NCBI GenBank assembly: GCA_963712745.1
Contig: CAVQJC010000001.1
Location: 256,001-320,000, forward strand
Source of the DNA: an uncultured Chloroflexia bacterium
GTDB lineage: Bacteria > Chloroflexota > Limnocylindria > Limnocylindrales > CSP1-4
Reading direction: 5' to 3'
DNA length: 64,000 bases
Shown here one piece after another: positions 9,966 to 19,399 of this stretch (position 1 is its first letter; the number at the start of each line of letters is the position of its first letter). The position numbers and the translations under genes are program-made. Below the pieces are notes generated by a model that did not search any database, had not been told where the DNA came from, and was given only the letters and a program-made list of their open reading frames with translations.

Positions 9966-11411
9966 CTACGGGGCGTCCTCCGTACGACTCTGGTCAGCCG
10001 TGGTCACATCGGCCGATGGAGGCTGCTCCCCCTGAGCCTCCTCCTGTTCGCCGCGTCGGGCACGGATGCGAGCCGGCACACCGAGCGCCATCTTGCCGGC
10101 GGGCACGTCCCTGGTCACCAGCGAGGCGGCCCCCGTGAACGCGCCCTCGCCCACGGTCACGGGCGCTCGCATGATGGTGTCGGAGCCGATGAAGGCGCCC
10201 TTGCCGATGCGCGTGCGGTGCTTGCGCACCCCGTCGTAGTTGGCCGTGATGGAACCGGCGCCGATGTTGACCTTCTCGCCCACGTCGGCATCGCCGAGGT
10301 AGCTGAAGTGGTGGCTCTTGGTGCCGGCGCCGATGTTGCTGTTCTTGACCTCAGCGTAGTTGCCGAGCTCCACGTTGGGCCCGATGTAGGCGCCCTTGCG
10401 CACATGGCTGAAGGGGCCGATGGTGACATCGGCATCAACGACCGAGCCCTCCAGCACGCTGGCCCAGACCACGGTGCGCTCGCCGATGCGCGTGTCGAAG
10501 ATCTGCGAGCCGCTGCGGATGACCGCGTCCCGCTCGATGACCGTCTCTCCTCGCAGGTACACGTTCGGCTCCAGGGTCACGTCCTCAGCCATCTCCACCG
10601 TGGCATCGATGAAGGTGGATGCCGGGTCCTGCATGGTCACGCCCGCACGCATGTGGGCCTCATTGATGCGCAGCCGCATCTCCAGCTCAGCGTCGGCCAG
10701 CTGGGCACGATCATTGATGCCCAGGAGCGTGCCGTCGTCCTCGACCTCGAGAGTGGCCACCGGCCGGTCGTCGGCCCGCGCCAGCGGGATGAGCTCGGGC
10801 AAGTAGAGCTCGCCGGTGACCGGGGAGGGCTCGACGTCGCCGAGGCGAGCTCGCAGCCAGTCGGCATCGAAGGCGTAGAGCCCGGAGTTGATCTCCTCGA
10901 TCTCGAGCTCGTCGGGGGTGGCGTCCTTGAACTCGACCACGCCCGCGATGCGGCCGTCGGGGCCGCGGACGACGCGACCGAGTGTAGCCGGGTCGTCCAT
11001 GTCCACGCTGATGAGTGCGATGGCAGCGTCATTGTCGCGCCGGACACCCGCCAGCTCGGCCATGAGCGCCGGATCCACGAGCGGCACGTCGCCACTGAGC
11101 ACGATGATCTCGTCGACCTCCGCCGGCAGGTCGCGCAGGGCGGTGGCGATGGCGTCGGCGGTGCCGCGGGGCTCGGCCTGGATGGCGAAGTCAGCCTCGC
11201 CGGCGAAGACTTCGGCGATCTGGGCGACCGCTGGGCTGATGACCACGAGCGGTCTGGCGCCGGTGGCGGCCACGGCCGCATCGAGCACGTACGCCAGCAT
11301 CGGGCGACCGCAGATGGGGTGCAGCACCTTGGGGGTACTCGAACGCATCCGGGTACCGAGCCCGGCAGCCATCACGACCGCGACCAGGGGATGAGGACGG
11401 TGGGTGTTCAC
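9966..11411 (-). CDS. glmU: bifunctional UDP-GlcNAc pyrophosphorylase/GlcN-1-P acetyltransferase
   Basis: MAAGLGTRMRS..PKVLH, EINSG, HFSYLGDA, NYDG, hexapeptide repeats. Confidence 0.95.
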   Translation of the reverse strand: MNTHRPHPLVAVVMAAGLGTRMRSSTPKVLHPICGRPMLAYVLDAAVAATGARPLVVISPAVAQIAEVFAGEADFAIQAEPRGTADAIATALRDLPAEVDEIIVLSGDVPLVDPALMAELAGVRRDNDAAIALISVDMDDPATLGRVVRGPDGRIAGVVEFKDATPDELEIEEINSGLYAFDADWLRARLGDVEPSPVTGELYLPELIPLARADDRPVATLEVEDDGTLLGINDRAQLADAELEMRLRINEAHMRAGVTMQDPASTFIDATVEMAEDVTLEPNVYLRGETVIERDAVIRSGSQIFDTRIGERTVVWASVLEGSVVDADVTIGPFSHVRKGAYIGPNVELGNYAEVKNSNIGAGTKSHHFSYLGDADVGEKVNIGAGSITANYDGVRKHRTRIGKGAFIGSDTIMRAPVTVGEGAFTGAASLVTRDVPAGKMALGVPARIRARRGEQEEAQGEQPPSADVTTADQSRTEDAP

Positions 11412-11466
11412 GAAGCGGCGCTACCGCCCCTCGGTGATGGGGGTTGTTGGGGCATCAGGTCAGATG

Positions 11467-11496
11467 AATCTAGGGGTGCCCGTGCATGGGTGTCAA
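11467..11496 (-). promoter_or_regulatory. sigma70-type promoter for glmU
   Basis: TTGACA-N18-TAGATT on the minus strand. Confidence 0.65.
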
Positions 11497-11597
11497 ACGG
11501 CGCCCTTGGCTATCGCTCTCCTGTCCGAGCCGCGGCGCCCCTGGTCGATCCGCTCGGGGGTCACATCCGCTCCGGGGCTCAGGCGCTCCAGACTTCC

Positions 11598-11978
11598 CTA
11601 GCGCTTCTGGGCCACGACCTCGATCTCGACGAGGATGTCCAACGGCAGGCGCGCGGCCTCGATGGTGGTGCGCGCAGGATATGGCTCCGCCAGGAACGAG
11701 CCGTAGACCTCGTTGAAGGCCTTGAAGTCGTTCATGTCCGCGAGATAGCAGGTCGACTTCACGACATCGCTGAAGTCGAGGCCCATCTCACCCAAGAGCG
11801 CCTCGATGTTCTTCAAGGTGCGTTCGGTCTGGACCGCCACGTCGCCCTCCACGAGCATGTTCGTCTGGGGGTCGATGGGCCCCTGGCCGGAGCAGAACAC
11901 GAGCGTCTCGGTGACGATGGCCTGGCTGTAGGGACCGATGGCATTGGGGGCCTTCGGTGTCTGGATGCGCTGCTTCAC
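11598..11978 (-). CDS. ridA: RidA/YjgF reactive-intermediate deaminase
   Basis: APNAIGPYSQA, SGQ, FNEVY, PART, LVEIE. Confidence 0.9.
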   Translation of the reverse strand: MKQRIQTPKAPNAIGPYSQAIVTETLVFCSGQGPIDPQTNMLVEGDVAVQTERTLKNIEALLGEMGLDFSDVVKSTCYLADMNDFKAFNEVYGSFLAEPYPARTTIEAARLPLDILVEIEVVAQKR

Positions 11979-12901
11979 GAGTCCTCTCCCCTTCCGATGG
12001 TCGACGTGGTGATGATGCTGGCCCCCTCAAGCTCGGCAGGCCCCGCGGCACCGAGGGCGATCGCCGCACGGGTGGCCGCCGCTTCCGAAGGATAGACCGC
12101 TACCAGAGTCGGCCCGGAGCCGGTCAGCAACACCGCATGACCGAGGATGCGCGCCGCAGCCTCGCGCGCATCGGCCAGGCCGGGTGACAGACGTGCTGCC
12201 GGTGCCCACAGGTCGTTCGCCTCGCGAAGCATCGCCGTGGTGGCCGCCAGGGTCATCCCATCGACGCCCTCGCGCAGGACCGCGGCAGCCTCGTCGACGC
12301 GCTCGGCCGTCGATGAAGCGATGACAGGGCCGCGGTCGAACTCGGCGAAGACGGCCGCCGTCGAAAGCCGCTCTCGAGGGGTGATGAGGATGAGACCGGC
12401 CTCTGGCTCGGGCGCCGGCAGCGGCACCAGATGCTCGCCGATACCCTCGACGAGCGAGGCTGCGTGACCAGCCACGAAGAAGGGCACATCGGCACCCAGC
12501 CGCAGGGCCGCCTCGAGGCGCTGCGCGGGATGGAGCCGGACACGCCAGGCCGCCAGGGCCAGGTCCATGGCCGCCGCTGCATCGGAGCTGCCTCCACCGA
12601 GGCCGGACGCAGCCGGGATACGCTTCTTCAGCCGGAAGCGCAGCCAGGGTAGCGCTGGGTCGATGGCCTCGCGCAGCTGGGCCGTGGCCCGCAGGACGAG
12701 GTTGTCGTCATCCGCCTCGAGCTCGCCATCGATGTCGAGGTGGTCCCGGGAGGCGTCCGCGCCGACCTCCACCTCGAGCCGGTCGTGCAGCGTCAGGCGC
12801 AGGAACACCGAGCGCAGCAGGTGGTAGCCGTCCTCGCGCACGCCGGTGACGGCCAGCGCCAGGTTGACCTTGGCCCGAGCCTTGACGCTGAGCGTGGTCA
12901 C
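11975..12901 (-). CDS. ispE: 4-diphosphocytidyl-2-C-methyl-D-erythritol kinase
   Basis: AKVNLAL..GYH, KRIPAASGLGGGSSDAA, GADVPFF, LTGSGPT; GTG 12901 overlaps the rsmA stop. Confidence 0.92.
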   Translation of the reverse strand: MTTLSVKARAKVNLALAVTGVREDGYHLLRSVFLRLTLHDRLEVEVGADASRDHLDIDGELEADDDNLVLRATAQLREAIDPALPWLRFRLKKRIPAASGLGGGSSDAAAAMDLALAAWRVRLHPAQRLEAALRLGADVPFFVAGHAASLVEGIGEHLVPLPAPEPEAGLILITPRERLSTAAVFAEFDRGPVIASSTAERVDEAAAVLREGVDGMTLAATTAMLREANDLWAPAARLSPGLADAREAAARILGHAVLLTGSGPTLVAVYPSEAAATRAAIALGAAGPAELEGASIITTSTIGRGEDS

Positions 12902-13776
12902 GCTGCCATCGGCAGAGGCGTCAGCGCCGCACGCAACGCCAGCCACTCCTCGACCGAGAGGGTCTGGGGCCGTCGGTCGGGAGCGATGGAGCAGGCAGCC
13001 AGGGCCGCGTCGACCCGCTCGCGGTCCAGGCCCGGCAGCTGGCGAGCAAGCACGTTGTGGATCATCTTGCGTCGCTCGCGGAACCCGGCCTGCACCAGGC
13101 GCCACAGCTCGTCTTCGTCCTCGGGGCCCAGGCGCCGCTCGCGCGTCACGCCGATGAGGATGGCCGAGTCGACCTCGGGCGCGGGCTCGAAGGCCGCCGC
13201 CGAGACCGTGAAGGCCACCTCCACAGGCGCGTGGTACTGGACAAACACCGAGAGGTAGCTCATGCCGCCCGGCGGCGAGGCGATGCGCTCGGCGACCTCC
13301 TTCTGGACCATCATCACGAAGCGGGTCGGGCGCGGCTCCCCTCCGAGCACGTGGTGGAGGATGGGGCTGGTGATGTGGTAGGGCACATTGGCCACCAGCG
13401 CCCAGGGCTCGGTGGCCAGGTCCGCCACGGCCACGTCGAGGAAGTCATCCTCCACCAGCGTCAGGTCGGGATGGTCGGCGAACCGCTGGCGCAGATGTCC
13501 CGCCAGCCGGAAGTCCAGCTCGACCGCCGTCACGGCTGCTCCGGCGGCCAGCAGCTGGGCGGTGAGGATGCCCACACCTGGCCCGACTTCCACGATGCGC
13601 TCGCCGGGCTGCACATCGGCGAGCTCGATGATGCGTTCCAGCACTGCGCCGTCGGCGAGGTGGTTCTGCGACAGCGACTTGCGCGCGACCAGGCGGTGCT
13701 GGCGCAGGTAGCGCTCGACCGCCTCGGGGCCGAGTCGCGCGGGATCGAGCTCCCACCCGTCCGCCGACATCGTCAC
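12898..13776 (-). CDS. rsmA: 16S rRNA m6,2A dimethyltransferase
   Basis: KSLSQNHL, EVGPGVG, ANVPYHITSP, MVQKEVAERI. Confidence 0.94.
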   Translation of the reverse strand: MTMSADGWELDPARLGPEAVERYLRQHRLVARKSLSQNHLADGAVLERIIELADVQPGERIVEVGPGVGILTAQLLAAGAAVTAVELDFRLAGHLRQRFADHPDLTLVEDDFLDVAVADLATEPWALVANVPYHITSPILHHVLGGEPRPTRFVMMVQKEVAERIASPPGGMSYLSVFVQYHAPVEVAFTVSAAAFEPAPEVDSAILIGVTRERRLGPEDEDELWRLVQAGFRERRKMIHNVLARQLPGLDRERVDAALAACSIAPDRRPQTLSVEEWLALRAALTPLPMAA

Positions 13777-14840
13777 ACGGCCAGCTTGAGGGATGGGCGC
13801 GCATCGAGCGAGCGGTCGGCGCGGGTGCCGGCGAGGTGGCGATGGTAGCCGGCGGCTCCGATCATGGCGGCGTTGTCAGTGCACAGGCCGGGCCGCGGCA
13901 CGATGAGCGGCAGCCCCAGGCCCCCGGCACCCTCGGCGATACGTTCCCGCAGCACCGCGTTGGCGGCGACACCGCCGCCCAGCAGGATGGACCTCGCACC
14001 CAGCTCGCGCGCAGCTCGCAGCAGCTTGGTCGATAGCACCTCCACGACCAATTCCTGGAAGGCCCACGACAGCTCCGCCACGTCTTGCGCCGACAGGCCC
14101 GAGCCGTCGAGGTCACGAGCCTGGGGCGGCAGGCCCAGGGCCTCACCGACCGCATGCCGGGCCGCGGTCTTGAGCCCGGAGAACGAGAAGTCGTAGGACT
14201 CGCCCATCCAGGCGCGGGGGAAGCGACGGTCGTGGGCAGTGGCACCGGCAGCTGCCTTCATGATGGCCGGGCCGCCCGGATACGAGAGTCCCAGCAGCCG
14301 GCCGACCTTGTCGAATGCCTCGCCGGCCGCGTCGTCGACGGTCTGACCGAGCAGCCGGTAGCGCAGGTGGTCCTGCATCTCCACGATGAAGGTGTGGCCA
14401 CCGCTCACCACGAGCGCGACCAGCGGGAACTCCGGCGCCGGTCGCTCCACTTCGTCGGGGTCGAGCAGCCAGGCGGCGTAGATGTGGCCCTCCAGATGGT
14501 TCACCGGCACCAGCGGCAGGCCCAGGCTCCAGGCCAGGGTCTTGGCCATGGTGATGCCCACCAGCAGCGACCCGGCCAGGCCGGGTCCTTCGGTCACGGC
14601 CACGGCCTCGACCTCGCTCCAGTCTTCGAGGCCGGCCCGGGCACGGGCTTCGTCGAGCACGGGGATCATCCAGCGCAAGTGGGCACGCGCAGCCACCTCG
14701 GGCACGATCCCGCCCGTCTCCGAATGCAGCTGCACCTGGCTGGCGACGACGTTGGCCACGATGCGGCGGCCCCGCTCGACGACCGCGACCGCTGTCTCAT
14801 CGCAGGATGATTCGACCGCGAGGATGCGTCCACGGCTCAT
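13773..14840 (-). CDS. tsaD: tRNA N6-adenosine threonylcarbamoyltransferase
   Basis: ESSCDET, GGIVPEVAARAH, HLEGH, VSGGHT, DDAAGEAFDK, CTDNAAMI. Confidence 0.96.
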   Translation of the reverse strand: MSRGRILAVESSCDETAVAVVERGRRIVANVVASQVQLHSETGGIVPEVAARAHLRWMIPVLDEARARAGLEDWSEVEAVAVTEGPGLAGSLLVGITMAKTLAWSLGLPLVPVNHLEGHIYAAWLLDPDEVERPAPEFPLVALVVSGGHTFIVEMQDHLRYRLLGQTVDDAAGEAFDKVGRLLGLSYPGGPAIMKAAAGATAHDRRFPRAWMGESYDFSFSGLKTAARHAVGEALGLPPQARDLDGSGLSAQDVAELSWAFQELVVEVLSTKLLRAARELGARSILLGGGVAANAVLRERIAEGAGGLGLPLIVPRPGLCTDNAAMIGAAGYHRHLAGTRADRSLDARPSLKLAV

Positions 14841-15421
14841 GCGTCGAGCACCTCCGGGGGAGCATCAGGATCGGCCGCGAAGCCCGGGTCGTCGGGCAGC
14901 ACCGCGATGGCGTACTGCTCGGTCTTCCTCGCCAGCAGACGCCCCATCTCGGGCGTCGCCAGCCGGTCGGTGGTCATGATGAGCGCGTCTTCGCCGTTGT
15001 CCGAGTAGTAACGCGGTCGCAGACCCACGGGCTTGAAGCCGAACTCCTGGTACAGCCTGCGGGCGGCGCCGTTACCGAGGCGCACCTCCAGCGTGCACAC
15101 CGCCGCGCCGACCTCAGCGGAGAGGGCCATCAGCTGCGCGAGCAGCAGGCCGCCGATGCCGCGGCGGCGGTAGGCGGGCAGCACCGCGAACGTGGTCACA
15201 TGTGCCTCGTCGACCATCAGCCAGATGCCGGCGTAGGCCACGACTCGCTGGCCGGCCCGGACCACCAGGTAGCGCGCCATCCGATTGGACTCGATCTCCT
15301 CGCGGAACGCGTAGGGCGGCCACGGCGTGGGGAACGAAGCGCTCTCGATGGCGTGGACGGCGGGGATGTCGTTGGCGGTCATGGGCTCGACCGCCAGCCT
15401 CACCGGAGGTCGGGCGACCAT
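14837..15421 (-). CDS. rimI: ribosomal protein alanine N-acetyltransferase
   Basis: IESASFPTPW, RRRGIG, LEVR, YYSDNGEDALIM. Confidence 0.9.
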   Translation of the reverse strand: MVARPPVRLAVEPMTANDIPAVHAIESASFPTPWPPYAFREEIESNRMARYLVVRAGQRVVAYAGIWLMVDEAHVTTFAVLPAYRRRGIGGLLLAQLMALSAEVGAAVCTLEVRLGNGAARRLYQEFGFKPVGLRPRYYSDNGEDALIMTTDRLATPEMGRLLARKTEQYAIAVLPDDPGFAADPDAPPEVLDA

Positions 15422-16065
15422 CCCAGGTCCTCCGCGGCACGCTGCACGCCACGCGGCAGCGCGACGTAGGCCGGGGTCAGCCCAGCCACGTCGTCAGTCG
15501 CTCCGGCACTGAGGCGTTCGTGCGCCATCTCCAGCAGCGCCGTAGCCAGGCCCGCGACCGCGGCCGTGCCCAGCCGGGCCGCCTCCTCGCCGAGCACCTC
15601 GTCACCCAGGTCGACGGCCAGGGCGGTCGCACTGCCGATGGCCAGCGCCAGATCCCCGGGCGCGATGAGCACGGGATCGGCACCACGCCGGGCAAGGTAG
15701 TGGTCACGGGCACCCGCCGGCAACACGACCGCAGCATCGGGGGCCCCGCTGGCCCGGCGCAGGGCGTCGGATGACATCACGCCCACGAGCGGGAGTCGTC
15801 GGGCGTAGGCGATGGTCTTGACCGTGGCCAGGCCCACGCGCAGGCCGGTGAAGGACCCAGGGCCCGTCCCGACCGCCAGCGCGGTGACGTCATCGAGCGT
15901 GCTGCCGGCTGCGGCAAGGACCTCGTCGATCTGCTCGAGGACGTGGGCGCCGTGCCGATGCCGTACCTGCCTGGTACTGACCGCCACGGGCGCATCGCGG
16001 CCGATCGCGACCACGCTCGAGCGGGTAGAGGTGTCGACGGCGAGGACGAGGCCAGCCGCGCTCAT
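15400..16065 (-). CDS. tsaB: t6A biosynthesis protein TsaB
   Basis: LAVDTST, GPGSFTGLRVG. Confidence 0.92.
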   Translation of the reverse strand: MSAAGLVLAVDTSTRSSVVAIGRDAPVAVSTRQVRHRHGAHVLEQIDEVLAAAGSTLDDVTALAVGTGPGSFTGLRVGLATVKTIAYARRLPLVGVMSSDALRRASGAPDAAVVLPAGARDHYLARRGADPVLIAPGDLALAIGSATALAVDLGDEVLGEEAARLGTAAVAGLATALLEMAHERLSAGATDDVAGLTPAYVALPRGVQRAAEDLGWSPDLR

Positions 16066-16568
16066 GCCGAGCCCTGCCAGCGACGAGCGGCCTCCACGTA
16101 GCGACGGGCAGCCTGGCCGTGACCACTGATGTCGATGACGCGCGAGGACTCAGCCACCGGCTCGATGGCCACCGTCAGCCGCTCCGGGTCAAGGTCCGCA
16201 TCGAGGCGGTCGGCCCACTCGCTGAGCGTGACACCATCGTCCTGCCGCTCGTCGAGGAGCCCTCCCGCGAGCACGTCGCTGGCACCGGCCAGGCGGTAGA
16301 GATCCTGGTGGAAGAGCGTCAGCCGGCCCTGATACTCGGCCATGAGCGTGAAGCTTGGGCTATTGACGACATCGTCGATGCCCAGGCCGGCCGCGAAACC
16401 CTTGGCGAACTGCGTCTTGCCGGCGCCGAGCGGCCCTACCAGTGCGAGCCGGTCGCCCGCCTGCGCCGCCGGCGCGAGGGCCGCGGCGAAGTCCCGCGTC
16501 TCGGCGGTGGACGACGTGCGCACGCGCACCGAGACGGGGGCGGCTCGTTCGAGATCGGACATGGTCAT
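16062..16568 (-). CDS. tsaE: t6A biosynthesis ATPase TsaE
   Basis: GPLGAGKT, VNSPSFTL, HQDLYRL, EWAD. Confidence 0.93.
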   Translation of the reverse strand: MTMSDLERAAPVSVRVRTSSTAETRDFAAALAPAAQAGDRLALVGPLGAGKTQFAKGFAAGLGIDDVVNSPSFTLMAEYQGRLTLFHQDLYRLAGASDVLAGGLLDERQDDGVTLSEWADRLDADLDPERLTVAIEPVAESSRVIDISGHGQAARRYVEAARRWQGSA

Positions 16569-16577
16569 CGCGGCAGG

Positions 16578-17681
16578 TTAGCCGAGTCGCTCCAGGATGG
16601 TGAGCGGCACGCAGTGGCGTTCCAGCGAGCCATCGGCCGCTGGCAGCTCCACGAAACCGCCCGGGACGTAGCTCCCGCCTGGCCAGCGACGCGGGCCCGA
16701 CAGGCCCACCAGGCGCCCCTCGTGGTCGCGATGCTCGCCGGCCACGGCGCGCACCGTGCCCGGTGGACGGGACATGGCCTCGACCAGCGGTGCGGGGTCG
16801 CCCTCGATGACGAGCGTGCGCGAGTCGGGCAGGACCCCGGCGGTGCGGCCCTGGGCCGCCACCAGCAGGTCCCACAGGTAGCCCGGGATGGGCGAGCGAC
16901 CGAAGCCTCCGAGCGCCACCAGGCCGAAGGGGGCAGCCGCATGCAGTGCAGCCTGCTGGCGAGCCTCCGAGGAGGTCAGCTGGCGCAGGTCGCGACTGGC
17001 CACGCCCCCGGCGACGACCGCGGCCACACCCAGGGCACGAGCGCGCGACAGTGCCTCGATGTCGATCCGGGCACCGACCACCAGAACGGCGCCCGAGACA
17101 CCGACATCGATGCGGGAGGTCTGCACCTCCGCATCGCGGACATCGACGGCGAGGACGATGCGGCCCGAGGACGCACGGCCCCAGCCGAAGCGAGTGTCGA
17201 CGGCCAGACCGTCCGCTCGCAGGTCGATCCGTGACGGCGTCACGGTCTCGATGACACCGGCCACCGGGGCCGTCACCAGGATGTCGCTGCGACCGGCCAC
17301 AAGGCGCGTGACGCCGTCACGTCCGTGCTCACAGACACGCGTGCGGAGCGTTTCGGACGACGACTTCCGGCCCAGCCGACCGGAATGCTCGAGCGGCACG
17401 TCGTCGAGCACCGAACCGGGCGGCAGGCCGATGACCCGCGCGCTGCTGGGGATCTCGACGGCCTCCTGTTCGCGGAAGTGCTCGACGATGGGCTGGCCCG
17501 GCTCCACTCGCTGACCCGGCGCCACCAGCGGTCGGTCGGCCAGGTGGATGGCGATGCGCAGCAGGCGGCCGACCTCGGGACGCGCCGCAGGCACCACGAA
17601 ACGAGCGGGGTCGGGCCCGGCGAAGCGCGCGGGGTCGGGCCCGGTCGTCGCCTCGTCGGCGGCTGGGCGTCGGTCGTCCAT
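16578..17681 (-). CDS. uncharacterised protein with barrel-sandwich-hybrid-like motifs, a central alpha/beta domain and a KOW/SH3-like C-terminus
   Basis: LVAPGQRVEPGQPI and VTAPVAGVIETV half-motifs, GAVLVVGARIDIEALSRARALGVAAVVAGGV; ATG overlaps the upstream stop (TGATG). Confidence 0.65.
   Translation of the reverse strand: MDDRRPAADEATTGPDPARFAGPDPARFVVPAARPEVGRLLRIAIHLADRPLVAPGQRVEPGQPIVEHFREQEAVEIPSSARVIGLPPGSVLDDVPLEHSGRLGRKSSSETLRTRVCEHGRDGVTRLVAGRSDILVTAPVAGVIETVTPSRIDLRADGLAVDTRFGWGRASSGRIVLAVDVRDAEVQTSRIDVGVSGAVLVVGARIDIEALSRARALGVAAVVAGGVASRDLRQLTSSEARQQAALHAAAPFGLVALGGFGRSPIPGYLWDLLVAAQGRTAGVLPDSRTLVIEGDPAPLVEAMSRPPGTVRAVAGEHRDHEGRLVGLSGPRRWPGGSYVPGGFVELPAADGSLERHCVPLTILERLG
17597..17644. 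repeat. 24-bp near-perfect tandem duplication (GPDPARF x2) in the N-terminus of the hypothetical protein
   Basis: cgaaacgagcggggtcgggcccgg / cgaagcgcgcggggtcgggcccgg. Confidence 0.8.
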
Positions 17682-19300
17682 CAGTCCGCCCCCATCCAGA
17701 CGGGGGCCTCCCAGGCCTCGAGCGTGGCCCGCCGGCTCTCGCCCCCGGGAGGCAAGTCGAGCGGTATGGGCCGCGTGTCCACGAACAGACCGGCCAGTCC
17801 GCCGCTGACCTCCAGGGGGATCGTGCGACCCTCCACACCAAGCACGGCGCCGTCACCGGGGTCGATGCCCAGGCGGGCCACGATGCCGGGTGGCAGATCC
17901 ACCAGCTGCAGGACGCCAGGCTCGAGGCGCAGTCGCTGATCGCCGAGCGAGCTGGCGATGCTCATGGTGGCGCCGGCCTTGTCCTTCTTGCGGGTCGCGA
18001 TGGAGCCCGTGAGCACGGCGCTGCAAAGGGGCAGCAGGCAGTCACCCATGAGGTCGGCCAGCAGTCGCTGGCGATCGGCCTCCACCGGCAGGGCTCCGAG
18101 GGGCGCCAGCACGCCCGCGTGGTCGTAGAGGATGCTCATCGCGCCCGGACTGCGGATACCGTCGACCGCCGCCATCGCGGAGGCTGCTGGGGGCAGGCCG
18201 GCGAAGGCCCCGCCGCCCAGGACCATGACGCTCGAGCCGCGCCGCTCGCCGCTCGCTGCTGCACCCTGCTCCCAGGCAGCCGCGAGGCGTTCGAGCGCGG
18301 CCCGCAGGGCTGCCAGCTGGAGGTGCAGGCCGTCGCGGCCGGTCCCGGCCCAGGGCTGGAGCACAAGGTCGCGTAGCGCGTCGAGACGGGCGGCCGGGTC
18401 GCCGTCCAGCGTGGACCAGCGCAGCACGGCCTCGCCGGTGCCATCGGCGTCGAGCAGGGTCGGGGGCAGCATGCCGGCCTCGGCGAGGACCGCGTGGCCC
18501 AGCTCCCCCTCCGGCCCCGCCTGCGTGCGCGCGCCGGCGGCGGCGCCGATCTCGATGCCGTCGACGTGACTTCCCAGCACCGCCGCCAGCGAGACGACAG
18601 CGGCCCTCAGGGCGGCGCGGCCGTCGGTGGGCACCGGTTGGCCGCCAGCGGCAAGATGCCGGCCCACCTGCGAAGCCGCTCCGCGCAGGAGCGAGTCAGC
18701 GGTGAGCGGGACAGGGTCAGGGGCAGGCAGGGAGAAGAGCCGCCCGTCGGGCAGGCCTTCGGGTCGGTCGGCGAAGGGCCCGCAGGCGATGACCGCGAGA
18801 TCGTCACGGAAGCGGGCCAGCGAGGCGGCCCGGGGCCACAGCCGATGCGCCGCCGCACGTTCCTCCTCGTCGACGCCATCGCGACCGCCCATGACCACCG
18901 CGTCCACGTCGAGATCGAGACAAGCCTCGCCGAACGCCACAAGGTCGGGGTCGGGCCCGAAGAAGCGATGTCGAACGGTCCAGCCGGCGCCGGTGAAGGC
19001 ACGCTCGAGGAGGTCTCCCGTCTCGGCCGAAGCGGCCACCAGCACGGCCCTGGACGGGCGTCCGGTACGGACCTCAAGGCGGGACCAGTCGCGCCAGCCT
19101 TCCATGGAGCCGGCCAGCGAGGCGTCCGTACGCGCGACACGCCAGGCCAGGTCCTCGAGCACCGACTCGGGATCGAGGACCACCGGCGCGGCCGCGGCCG
19201 CGAGCATGCGATAACGGCCCTCGACGGGGGCGATGAGCGTGGCCTTGATGGCGACCGTACCGCGGTCGAGCGTGAAGAAGGCAGCAGAGTCCTGGGTCAC
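17681..19300 (-). CDS. GlmL/MutL-like (glutamate mutase L family, actin/ASKHA fold) protein, divergent
   Basis: TLDRGTVAIKATLIAPVEGRYRMLA, DAVVMGGRDG, GIEIGAA, VLGGGAF, C-terminal GGLAGLFVDTRPIPLDLP..R..L..W resemble long-form GlmL-like motifs as recalled; no HMM run. Confidence 0.6.
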   Translation of the reverse strand: MTQDSAAFFTLDRGTVAIKATLIAPVEGRYRMLAAAAAPVVLDPESVLEDLAWRVARTDASLAGSMEGWRDWSRLEVRTGRPSRAVLVAASAETGDLLERAFTGAGWTVRHRFFGPDPDLVAFGEACLDLDVDAVVMGGRDGVDEEERAAAHRLWPRAASLARFRDDLAVIACGPFADRPEGLPDGRLFSLPAPDPVPLTADSLLRGAASQVGRHLAAGGQPVPTDGRAALRAAVVSLAAVLGSHVDGIEIGAAAGARTQAGPEGELGHAVLAEAGMLPPTLLDADGTGEAVLRWSTLDGDPAARLDALRDLVLQPWAGTGRDGLHLQLAALRAALERLAAAWEQGAAASGERRGSSVMVLGGGAFAGLPPAASAMAAVDGIRSPGAMSILYDHAGVLAPLGALPVEADRQRLLADLMGDCLLPLCSAVLTGSIATRKKDKAGATMSIASSLGDQRLRLEPGVLQLVDLPPGIVARLGIDPGDGAVLGVEGRTIPLEVSGGLAGLFVDTRPIPLDLPPGGESRRATLEAWEAPVWMGAD

Positions 19301-19307
19301 ACGACAG

Positions 19308-19313
19308 ATGGTA
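19308..19313 (-). promoter_or_regulatory. -10 element of a probable leaderless transcript of the GlmL-like gene
   Basis: TACCAT 7 nt before GTG 19300, no SD. Confidence 0.5.
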
Positions 19314-19399
19314 GCCGCGCCGGGCTATTCAGGCGCCAGGAGCCGGTCGGGCGGGGCAAGTGTGGGTCGTCCCTGGCGGCCGGCCGCCGCGGCCACGCC

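Noticed and set aside
16565-16942. Alternative minus-strand ORF adjoining tsaE
   Set aside because: Overlaps the 367-aa gene in another frame and has low-information R/P/A/W composition
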